A stretch of 64,000 bases of DNA from Chrysemys picta bellii (Eukaryota). Position 1 is the stretch's first letter; every line of letters begins with the position of its first letter. The DNA is taken from contig NC_088797.1 in NCBI RefSeq assembly GCF_011386835.1, forward strand, positions 744,001 to 808,000, read 5' to 3'. The translations under genes were made by a program, and so were the position numbers. The notes under the pieces are model-generated. The model did no database searches. It worked only from the letters and a program-made list of their open reading frames with translations, and was not told the DNA's origin. This document shows, in pieces, positions 46,801 to 58,800 of this stretch.

Positions 46801-49800
46801 GGCACCTTGCATGGGAGGGGCCCAGGCCATCAGTTGCCAGGAGACAGGGTGTCGGCCATTCTCTGTGTAGACCCCTGCATGCCCCTGTCCTCTAGAGCTC
46901 TCCAACAATCACACCCCCTTATCCCACCACCTAGATACTTAAGAAAGGCACAGGGGAAACTGAGGCACCCACACAGTATTCAGAGAAAACATTAAGAACA
47001 GTCCCACTTCGTCACGCTGGGGTTGCCCCAAGTGTCTGGAATGCAGAGCACTGGGGAGTGTAAGTGACTGGGAGTCCCTGCTCGGCGGGCAGCCCTGCAG
47101 TGCCCTGGGGGGGCCCAGATGGGTCCTGGCTGCCTTTAACTCCTCTCCTCTCCTCCAGCGGACAGTGCCCTCCCAAGGCCCCGGTGCCGCCAGAGGGAGC
47201 AGGATGGAGCAGGCCTGTCCCCGCCAGCCCTAGCTCTCAGCACCGCCCGGCTGTGCCAGGCCTCCCGCGACTGCCAGCCGTGCGTGCGTGTGCGCCTGGC
47301 CCTGCACACCGCAGGTAGGTGGGCCGGCCTCACCTGCACCCCGTTTTAGAGTAGGTCCCTGGAGCCCTGCTTGGACCCATGGCCATGGAGACTGGGCCCT
47401 GTCTGAGCCCCCTTTGGGCTAGGGGCACCCACAGAATTCCTGGGAATGACCCTGGGGGGGACTCATAGGGCTGGCTTCGGTGGGGGTTGGGGGGGGGGCT
47501 GCAGAGGCCCTTGGTAGGGCCTGCTGTGAATTTGGGGCTCACCCCTTTCTCTCTCCCCCAGGGCTGGGGAGTGTCTGTGGGCTGCAGCTGGATTTCCTGG
47601 TGCTGGGCTCCAACAGGGCCAGCTGGCTGAAGGTCTGGAGAAAGCAGCCGGAGGCTGCAGGCTCCCTGGTGAGTCAGCGCAGACCATGCCCAGGGCTCCT
47701 GGTTCGTTCCCTCCTTGGCACTGCTCGGTGCCAGCCGTCCAGTCCCTCCTGCTGCAGGGAGCTGGGCAGGCTCGGCTGGCACCGTGCCCTAGGAGCCGTG
47801 CCTGCTCACGGGGTCTGCACCGGGGGACAGGGAGGAGGCTGGGGGGGGGGGGGGCTCCCGTGGCAGAGCTTGGGGGGGGCGCTCCCGTGGCAGTGCTGGG
47901 CGGGGGGCTTGTGGGGCGGAGGCAGGGAGGCTGTGGAGGTGGGAGGCTGGGGGGGTGGAGGCAGGAGGCTTGCAGGGTGGGGGAAGGGGGAGGCTCTGGA
48001 GGTGGGGGGCTTGTGGTGGGGCAGGACGGGGGACTCTGGGGGGGCTCACGGGGCGGAGGCAGGGGGAGGCTGTGGAGGTGGGAGGCTGGTGGGGTGGAGG
48101 CAGGAGGCTTGCAGGGTGGGGGCGGGGGACTCGCAGGTGGGGGAAGGGAGAGGCTCTGGGGGGGCTCGTGGGGGTGGAGGCAGGGGGACTCGCAGGGCAG
48201 GGGTGGGGGGCTCGTGGGGGCGGAGGCAGGGGGCTTGCAGGGTGGGGCGGGGGACTCGGGGGGGACTCGCAGGGTGGGGGAAGGGGGAGGCTTGGGGGGG
48301 CTAGCGGGGGCAGAGGCAGGGGGTCACAGGGTGGGGGAAGGGGGAGGTTCGGGGGGGCTCACGGGGACGGAGGCAAGGGGACATGCAGGGTGGGTGCGGG
48401 GTGCTCTGGGGGGCTCGCAGGGTGGAGGCAGAGGGAGGCTCTGGAGGTGGGGGGCTTGTGGGGCAGAGGCAGGGGGCTCGCAGGGTGGGGGCAGGGAGGC
48501 TCGCGGGGGTGGAGGCAGGGGACTCGCAGGGTGGGGGCGCGGGACTCGGGGGGACTCGCAGGATGGGGGCGGAGGCAGGGGGCTCACAGTGGGGGCGGAT
48601 GGCTCGGGGGGAGACTCGCAGGATGGGGGAAGGGGGAGCCTTAGGGGGCTCGTGGGGACGGAGGGAAGGGGACTCGCAGGGTGGGGGCAGGGGGCTCGCA
48701 GGGTGGAGGCAGGGGGAGGCTCTGGAGGTGGGGGGCTTGTGGGGTAGAGGCAGGGGGCTCGAAGGGTGGGGGCAGGGGGCTCGGGGGGACTCGCAGGGTG
48801 GAGGCAGGGGAAGGCTCTGGAGGTGGGGGACTTGTGGGGCAGAGGCAGGGCACTCGCAGGGTGGGGCCGGGAGGCTCGTGGGGGCGGAGGCAGGGGGCTC
48901 GCAGGGTGGGGGCGGCGGGCTCGGGGGGGACTCGCAGGGTGGGGGAAGGGGGAGGCTCGGGGGGGCTCGCGGGGAAGGAGGCTCGGGGGGACTCGCAGGA
49001 TGGGGGAAGGGGGAGGCTTGGGGGGCTCGTGGGGACGGAGGGAAGGGGACTCGCAGGGTGGCGGTGGGGTGCTCGGGGGGACTCGCAGGGTGGAGGCAGG
49101 GGGAGGCTCTGGAGGTGGGGGGCTTGTGGGGCAGAGGCAGGGGGCTCGCAGGGTGGGGGCGGGGGACTCGGGGGGACTCGCAGGGTGGGGGAAGGGGGAG
49201 GCTCGGGGGGGCTCACGGGGGCGGAGGCAAGGGGACCCGCAGGGTGGGGGCGGGGGACTTGGGGGGGCTCGCGGGGGCTCACCCTGTGCTCTCCCCCAGT
49301 GGCAGGTGCAGTTTGACTGTTTCCCGGTGGAGAGCGGGCGCCGTGTTCTGGTCTCGCTTGGCACCGTCCCTGACCGGGGGCTGAGCCTCAACCGGAGCCA
49401 CCTGGTCGCGGCAGAGCCGGCAGGTGAGACGAGGTGGGGGGGTCTCCCTCCTTGGGGGCTGGAAATGCCACCTCCACGCAGAGACCTGGGGGAGGGGCTG
49501 TGGGGGTCCGTCTCTCAGGGTTGCTGTGGGGGATCACGGGGTGGGGTCGTGGAGAGCTATGGGGGGACTTTCTGGGGGTGCTGGGCTGTGTCTTGGGGCT
49601 CTGGGGCTGGCTCCGGCCACGGCTGGTCCCAGGCCTGAAGCTGCGCTGGGTTTGGCCCAGCAGCGCCCACTGGCTGCTGTTCAGCCGGGGTCAGTCAGGG
49701 CTGCCTGTGCACGTGGGCACGGGCGCCCATCCCCGGCCCTCTCTCCTCTGCAGGCCCCAAGTTCAGCTACGCCTGGCGCCCGGAGGCACGGGCCATTGAG

Positions 49801-52800
49801 GTGTCGGTGCCCGAGGGCCCTGCCCTGGCCGTGCGGCTGTGCCACCAGCTGGCGCTGGAGTGCGAGGAGCTGTCCACCCCCTTCCCCCGACAGGTGAGGA
49901 GCACGGCCCCAGGGGCTCCCCCGTGCCGGGCGGGGCTGGCCGGCCCCAGGGGCGTGGGCCAGAGGGCACCTCCAACAGTTAGAACATAAGAACATAAGAA
50001 CGGCCATACTGGGTCAGACCAAAGGTCCATCCAGCCCAGTGTCCTGTCTGCCGACAGTGGCCAATGCCAGGTGCCCCAGGGGGAGTGAACCTAACAGGTA
50101 ATGATCAAGTGATCTCTCTCCTGCAATCCATCTCCACCCTCTGACAGACAGAGGCTAGGGACGCCATTCCTTACCCATCCTGGCTAATAGCCATTAATGG
50201 ACTTAACCTCCATGAATTTATCCAGTTCTCTTTTAAACGTTGTTATAGTCCTAGCCTTCACAACCTCCTCAGGCAAGGAGTTCCACAGGTTGACTGTGCG
50301 CTGTGTGAAGAAGAACTTCCTTTTATTTGTTTTAAACCTGCTGCCTATTAATTTCATTTGATGACCCCTAGTTCTTGTATTATGGGAATAAGTAAATAAC
50401 TTTTCCTTATCCACTTTCTCCACATCACTCATGATTTTATAGACCTCTATCATATCCCCCCTTAGTCTCCTCGTTTCCAAGCTGAAGAGTCCTAGTCTCT
50501 TTAATCTCTCCTCATATGGGACCTGTTCCAAACCCCTAATCATTTTAGTTGCCCTTTTCTGAACCTTTTCTAGTGCCAGTGTATCTTTTTTGAGATGAGG
50601 AGACCACATCTGTACGCAGTATTCGAGATGTGGGCGTACCATCGATTTATATAAGGGCAATAAGATATTCTCCGTCTTATTCTCTATCCCCTTTTTAATG
50701 ATTCCTAACATCCTGTTTGCTTTTTTGACCGCCTCTGCACACTGTGTGGACATTTTCAGAGAACTATCCACGATGACTCCAAGATCTTTTTCCTGACTTG
50801 TCGTAGCTAAATTAGCCCCCATCATATTGTATGTATAGTTGGGGTTATTTTTTCCAATGTGCATTACTTTACATTTATCCACAATAGATTTTATTGTGGA
50901 TGAATGTGGAACAGTTGCCCTCCCAGCGGGGAGCCCGGCCGTACCTGGGGGTGCCAAGGGTGGACCCGGGGTCCCTGCCTGGGTTGGACCAGGCACAGCA
51001 GTGTCCTTTGGGGGCCTGGCTGGGCTCTGCCACCCTCACCCACCTCCTTCCCCGCTGCAGGCGTTGGTGTCTGGGGGTCACAGCATTGTGCTGCCCTACG
51101 AGTTCCTGGTGCCCTGTCTCTGCATTGAGGTACGTCTGCCGGCCACCAGCCCCTGGCCGCCTGGGTCTGGCCTGACAGCGACCCGTGTGGGGGGAGAGAG
51201 GTGCCTGGGCGCTGGGGGCGGAGGTGCAGGGGGCTGGGGAGGATGGGGCCTGGGCACTGGGGCGGGGGTCCGGGGAGGACAGGGTCTGGGTGCTGGGGAG
51301 GGAAGGAGGTGCAGTGGTCTGTGCAGGATGGGGCCTGGGCGCTGGGGCGGGGGTCCAGGGAGGACAGGCCTGGGCGCGGGGTTGTGGGGGGAGAGGTGGG
51401 AGTCTGGGGAGGACGGGGCCTGGGCGCTGGGGAGGGAGGGAGGTGCAGGGGTCTGTGCAGGATGGGGCCTGGGCACTGGGGCGGGGGTCCGGGGAGGATG
51501 GGGCCTGGGCGCTGGGGCGGGGGGGGGGGCAGTTGCGGGGGTCTGGGGAGGACGGGGCCTGGGCGCTGGGGCGGGGGGGGCAGTTGAGGGGGTCTGGGGA
51601 GGACGGGGCCTGGGCGCTGGGGCGGGGGGGGGCAGTTGCGGGGGTCTGGGGAGGACGGGGCCTGGGCGCTGGGGCGGGGGGGGCAGTTGAGGGGTCTGGG
51701 CAGGACAGGGCCTCGGCGCTGGGGCGGGGGTCCCGTGCGGCCACTTACTCAGAATCTGATCCCTTGGTTCCTCAGGCCTCCTACCAGCACCGTGACAGCC
51801 TCCGCACCAAGCTGTGCCCCTTCCAGCCCCAGCCGGAAGCTTGTGAGTGGCCTGGGCCGGGGCATGCCGGCCTTCGGGAGTTCCTGGCTGGGGGGCTGGA
51901 GTCCAGGGGGTGGGTCTGCTGGGCCCCAGCTGCCCCTGCCCTGAGCCCTGCCTGCAGCCTGGCGAGCACTGTGCCCGTAACGAAGGCGCCCGCCAAGCCC
52001 CCAGCATCTCCCTGGGGCACCTGGGCCTCTGGGTGCTGGCAGGATTCCCAGCTCTGCTGCTCCCGTGGGAGCGGTGCCCTGAGCGGCCACACGGCCGGCA
52101 GCCCGTCCTGGTGTCCTGTGCCAACTGGTCCCATAGCAAAGCACAGCGCTGGCCTGCCCAGAGCAGTGCCCACGGGTGGGCCGTACGGGGAGACGGGCCG
52201 CTCCAGGGCCCTGCCTGGCTGGACTGGGCCGGGCTCCATGCAGGAGACGAGCTGCGCTGCCCTCGCCCCCAGCCCACGCCCCCCTCGATCAGCACTGAGC
52301 TCCCACTGGGGACAGGAGTTGTGTCGTGAGCTGTGCCACGGTGCTCTGTGTATACCCGAGTCTCCATCCACGTCACCTGCCCCGACACCTCACAGGGGCC
52401 GGGAGCACCAGGGGACACTGGCTTCGGTCCAGACCTTGCCTGGCGCCCGGGGGCAAACTAGTCTGTAGCTCCAGACCCAGGGGGTGCCTGTAGCCCTTTC
52501 ACATCCCAGTGCCTCTGCCAGCCGGCACTGGGGCCCCTGGCTGTGCTGGTGGGGCAGGGTGTAGGGCTGAGCCTGCCAGTGCCTCTGGCTGATGCCTCTC
52601 TGCCCCCCAGATGGCTCCGAGCTGTGGGCGTCCATGCAGTTCCATGACTACAGCGCCAGCAGTGAGGCCAACATGGTCATGGTGCTGAGTGCCCGTTGCC
52701 CGCTGCACCCGACCGCCACCCTGTGCTGGAAGGAGAGTGACACGGGGGCCTGCCACAGTGTCCCCAACTCCACAGCCATGGAGTCCAACCAGGTACACAA

Positions 52801-55800
52801 GCACGCGGCCCAGGGCACCGGCTCCGGCGCCTGTCTGCAGCGGGGGGAGCCAGCTGCCTGCTCCCGGAGGGACGCCTGTGGGGGGCTCGCGCTGCCAGGA
52901 CTGAGCCGGCCTGGGAGTTTGGCGAAAGCCTGGGTCCTGCGGTGCCAGTGCAATCGCGAGCCCCTCCCAAGCGCCGAGCCCAGCGACACTCAAACTGCTG
53001 CATCTCAGGACTTGCAGCGTGAAGGGAAGAGCCCCTGCGGGCCGGGAGAGGGCCTCAGCACCCCAAGAAGAGCAGGGTCCCCCAGCTCTCAGAACACAGG
53101 GAAGGGGGGAATTCAGGGCTGACAGGCCCACCCCACCCCCTCTGCTACCCCTCATATTTTCCAACTCCTCCGGTCTTCTCCCCTGCCACTCCCCCAATCC
53201 CTCCCTATTCCCCCTTGCCTGAGGCCCTACCCCCATTCCGTTTACCCCCTTCCCCATAATGCGCCCATCCATCCCTTGCTGCAGATCCAACCCCTCTTCC
53301 CCTGGTACGACCTGCCCGGGCACCCCCCCACCCCTCCTCGCCCCGCGAGCATTCACCGCTCAGAATCTGTTTCAGGCCCTTCCGGAGAATCTGCCGTCCT
53401 CCGATTTCCACACAACAAAGTAGAATCATAAAGTGACTGGGGAGGCTGATGTTCCCAGATGTTCATGGTTCAATCTCAGATTTCCTCCGGGGGTTCCCTG
53501 TCCCCCTCCCCAGTGTGTAAGAGTTTCTGGCTGTGTCAAGGGTGCCTGTCCCGTCCCCGTCCCCCCGCAGCAGTGTGTTCTCAGCACGTGCACCGAGGGT
53601 GCCTGATCTCTCCTCTCCCCCCAGATCCCAACTCACATGGGGGGTAGGGAGTGGGTCTCAGATCCCCACTGTGAGGCAAGCCCCTCCCCCCCCAAGAACC
53701 TGGGTTCCATGAGGAGCACGGGGGGGTGGGGTGGGGGGCTGACTCCCTTAGATGGGCAGAAGCCCACCCAGATCCTGGCGCCCGCACAGTGGGGGCTGGG
53801 AGAGTGGCTCAGGGACCCCCCCTCCGATCCCATTTCACATGGGGGTAGTGAGAGGGGCTCAGCCCCCCAAGAAAGGCAAGCCCCAAGACCCCGGCTGACA
53901 CAAGGGTGTGTAAGAGGCCAGATCAGGCCCCATAGATGGGCAGGAATCCCCCAGAGTCTGGGGCACACACAAGGGGGCAGGAAGCAAAGCTCAGACACAC
54001 CTGGGGGACAGGGGCCCTGTCACGGAGTCCCCGGGCGATGCTCTGGAGCTGCTCCCTACAAAGCCGGGCAGGGCTCTGGGGAGCCTCCTCTCTCGGAGCA
54101 GACTGTCCCCGGGCAAGAAGTTTCCCCAGTTCCACCTTCCTGGGTCTGAGGTCAGAGCATCAGCCTCCCCTGCCCCTCCGTGCGCTTCCCACAGCGAGTC
54201 CGCCCAGGCCCCCAGATCCTGGCACCCACCCAGAAGGGCAGAATATGGGGCCCCCCATCCCTCACCTCCATGTGTCCCTCACTCCCCAGCCCCTCTGACT
54301 TTCCCTGCCACCCATCCCCACTTATCCCGCTCCTCTCAATACAGCCCCAAGCCCCTCTGACCCCTATGCCCCCCACTCTTCCACCCCCTAAAATGCCCCT
54401 CCCCTGCCAGCAAGCATTCGCAGGGGGAACTTTATTTATTACAAAAATACTTTGATTACATTCCCCCCCCCCCCCGGATAAATGAACAAACAGCCTGCTG
54501 GAGCCGGATTTCGGCAATACGCCAGCCCCCTGTTCCAAAGGCTGTTGGCTCATGACACGGCTAGCTGGCTCAGGGTCAAAGGATGACTGCGCATCCCCTG
54601 GAGCTGTCAGGCTGGGGGGTGCTTTGAAGGCTAACAGCCCTGTTCACTCCTCTCCCCACATCTGCCCTCGGGGGTCGGCACAGGAGCCTTGCAATGTGCT
54701 GACCACAACCAGCTTGATCTGTTTGAAACAACGTTTTCATTTGATTTTCCCTGAAGGCTTGTGGGGGCCGTGCCCTCTGTTAGGGTGGCCCTCGAGCGCT
54801 GGGCACCTTGGTGCAGTGATCTGAGCCCTGGTTTGAGCTCTAGCTGTGAGCCCAGAAAGGTTTTCAGAATCTCTCCACTTTAAAAAAGGCTAGGAGGTTT
54901 GGGGCTGTAGCTAGGGTGACCAGATGATAACTGGAAAATATTGGGACTGCCGCAGGGGGAGCGCCTTTTCAATTGTTACACTCACCCGTCTGGGTCTTCG
55001 GCGGCACTTCGGAAGTACCTGCCGCCGAAATGCTACCGAAGACCCGGAAAGGTGAGTGTAACAATTGAAAAGACGCTCCCCTTGAGGCAGTCCCGATATT
55101 TTCCTAAGCAAAGCAAAAAAAAAAAAAAAAAAGCCGTGCCCGAAACAAAATATTGGGACGCGGGACAAACTGCTCGATATCGGGACAGTCCCGATTTTAT
55201 CGGGACGTCTGGTCACCCTAGCTGTAGCTCAGGAATTCCGTGCTACAAATGGCTCTAACTGTGGGCTGCTAACAGAACCCCACACCTCTGTGAGGAACCC
55301 CACGGTGCACGGCAATGCAAGGGATCTCGTAGATTTTAGCACACTTAGAAGAGTCGAGCTTTAACCAGAAGAGCCGTGCATCTGACCGGGAGAGTGCTAT
55401 ATTCCACTTCATCTTTGCAGATACAGAGAAACCGATCACAGCACTAAACATGAATGGGTACAAGTGAGCATGAACTGATCACATTTATAATGTGCAAACA
55501 ATAAAGTCCAGACCAGTGTTTTAGATACTTGGTACTTTAAAAGGGCCAATTTTGAAAAGCTGAAAATAATTATGAGCCAAATCAGCTGAGAGGAAGAATA
55601 ATCAGAAAAATGTGAATGACAGCTGGGAATTGTTTAAGAACACTTTATTAGATGCCCCAAAAGGCCTTGTTGGTTAGAAAACTGACCTGATTTAGAAGGA
55701 AGATGATGGCAGTTACAAAAAATGAATGATATAGATACACATAACAAATGGAAGAAAGGGGAAGTTGACAGTAATGAATATAAATCAGAAGTTGGGAACT

Positions 55801-58800
55801 GTAGAAAATTGATAAGGGAAGCAAAGGGACACAAGGAAAAATCTATGGAAAAATCTATGGCCAGCAGAGTTCGAAATAAACCAAAACAGCTGTTAGAAGG
55901 GAGCCCTTCCTCCACACCCCCGCTCTGGGTGTTGTAATGGGGTGCACGGGGCATAGAGCTGGCCGTGGTCCCAGGTGTGGGAAGTTGGGCCCAGCCCTAT
56001 GGGACAGGGGCTGCTGCTGCAGGGTAGATGTGGGTTTGTTCTGCAACACCCCTCCCCCACTCGAGGGCTTCCCAGCACCCCCCACATGGATAAAACTAAG
56101 TGACTCAGAATTCCCCAAAGAACAAGCTTTGTGGGGCTCTGTCCGCTAGTGCCTCTGTGGGGAACAGGTTTGCTAATGGGCTGCCCAGTCTAGCAGAGGG
56201 AGGGCGAATGCAACCCAAGGGCTGGGCGGTGAAGCCAGAGAAAGTCAGATGGGAAATGTGGTGTCAGTTTTTAACCGCTGGCCAGTTTCCCGGGGTGGCG
56301 GATTCTCCATCCCTGGCCCTGGTTCAGTGGGGAGCGGCCGATGCTAACAGCTCTGCTCGAGGGGCTATGGGGGGTTGGGTGGGGGGGCAGGGCTCTGGCC
56401 TGGCTGTCACAGAGTGTGGGGGAGTCTGGGTCCTGCACCCCCAATTCCTGCGATTCACCGGGACTCTCAGCCAGCCAGTAAAATGGAGGGTTTATTAGAC
56501 GACAGGAATACAGTCCCAAGCAGGGCTTGTAGGTACAACCAGGACTCCTCAGTCAAGCCCCCAGGGGACAGGGAGCTTAGACCCCAGCTCTTGGGGCTTC
56601 CTCCGTTCCCCAGCCAGCTCCAAACTAAACCCCCTCCAGCCGTCTCCTCCAGCCACACCACCCGGCTCCTCCTGCAGCCTTTGTCCATCACCTGGCCCCA
56701 GGCCCCTCCTGGCTCAGGTATCCCATCCCCAATGCAGACAGTCTCAATACAACTCCCAGGCAACATCCCCAGGTCAATGCCCCACTCCCTGCTCCGTCAC
56801 ACCGGGTCAGAGGAGGGGATCACAATGAATCTCAGTCTCTGAAGGGTGTGGCAAGCTGGAGGGGCCTCTGTCCCATCCCACTGCCCCAGGGCACCTGGGG
56901 CTGCAGGCACGTCTCCCCCAGTGCTGGGCCCAGTGCCTGCCTGGCCCTGGGGCCCTGCCACCAGCACCCACTGTCCCCCAAAGGGATGGGCCGCACACCA
57001 CTGGGGCTCCCCCTGAGAGCTGTCCCTGAGCTGAGCTGGGATGGGCCTCGGCTCTGGGGACTGAGTGCTGGGGAGCGGCGGGCTGTCCCCTCCAGGCCTG
57101 GGAGGTGGAGGGGAGTTTCTCCCCCAGCCAGGGTGGGCAGGCTCCCCATGTCGCATGAGGGGCAGGGCTTGGCCTGGGCTGACTCCCCCCCGCCCAACGG
57201 AAGGGGCTGAGGCAGGTGACGAGGGCCCCCCAGGCCCCTCTGCTGCAGCAACTGCCTCTCCCCATCCAACTGCTTCTGCAGCACCGCTCTGCAACCTGGC
57301 CTGCTCTCCCAGGGCTGGCCCGGGGGCAGATGGTTTGCAGCCCTCTGGGAGCTGGGGGCAGGATGGGGTGGGGGAGTGAGGGGGGGTTCTCCAGGAGGTG
57401 GGAGAGGTGGGGAAGCTGAGGTAAGGGGGTTCCCCAGGAGGTTCCCCAGGGGGCCCCCGGTAGTGAGGGTCAGCTGCAGTTTGTGACACGCTCTCTGCTC
57501 TGGTCTAGGCCTACACCGTGGAGAAGGTGGATGTGCATCCTCTGCTCTGCTTCAAGGTGAGCTCCCCGCATGCCCCCGGCCGAGCCACCCACTGGCAGAA
57601 CTCCTGGTGCTTCACTGGGATCTCTGGCTGGGTGGCTCCCCGGAGCCACACGCTGAACCCAGCCCCAGCGCGATCCACCCTGCCCTTCCTGGCACGCCCA
57701 CCAGAGACCCTAGGCCCCTTCCAGGGGATCCTGCCCAGGGAAGAGCCGGAGTTGCCAGGTGGGAAGCGGCGGGCAGGCGCGTGCTGTCAGGGCAGAGCGG
57801 GCCGGGGCTGCAGAGCCGGGCTCTCGTCTCACACGGGGCAGGCAGCCTCTGGCCGATGCCCCCCGGTGGGTAACGGAAGCCCAGACCCATGCTGTTGCCC
57901 CCTGTGGTGCCACCTTACAGAGGAAGGGCTCTGGCCCTGCCCCAGAGCCGACCCAGAGGGACTGATGGGCCCCCAAGCCCCATTCCCCTTCCCCGCCCCT
58001 CCCAGCGTCCGCGGAACAGGCTGGCGAGCTGGGGCCGGCAAAGGGCTGAAGTGCACAAGTGCCGGGCACCCTCCCCTGCCGTGCCCTTCAGTGGAGCGTG
58101 AGCAGCCTCCGCTCTCAGTGCCCAGCCAGAGGGGCCCGCTGGCGAGTGCTGACCCCCAGCCTGGCCTCCCTCTAACACCCCCTCCGGGCAGGGCCTTTCT
58201 GGTGACTTTCCTTGTTTCTCTCCAGTTCTCCTACGGCAACAGCAGCCACGTGGAGTGCCCGCACCGGCCAGGTGAGCCTGCCCTGCCTCTCTGCAGTGGG
58301 GGCGGCTGGGTGTTGGGGGGACAGCGAGTGCCGTGTAGCAGCACCTCAGCTGAGCCCTAGACTGACAACTTCCCTCTGTGCAACCTGGCTGTGCCGGGTC
58401 CCGCAGGGCCGTGCGCCACCCGTGCCTCGGAGCTCCCTGAGCGCAGCAATGGCTCCCCTGCCCCAGGGTGCAGCCTGCTCTGGGGGGGAGCTACCGCCTG
58501 GCAGCACCGCACAGAACAGCACCTCCTGTGGGCAGGAGGGGAGCCAGGGCTCCCATCCCCACACAACACAAAGCACTGGGGCCTGAGCACAAGGAGGTGG
58601 GGCTGCTGCCCATCATCATGGGGTCTGGCTAAGGGGGGGAGGGTTCTTCTCTCCTGAGAACAATGGCACCTGCAGCATTGCACCCCCTTTCTCCATGCTG
58701 GGGCCAGCCCCGCCTGCCAGGGGAGAGCGCCCCCTGCTGAGCCCCACAGCACCCCCTAGCGCCCCACTGGGGCCAGCCCTGCCTGCCAGGGAAGAGCGCC

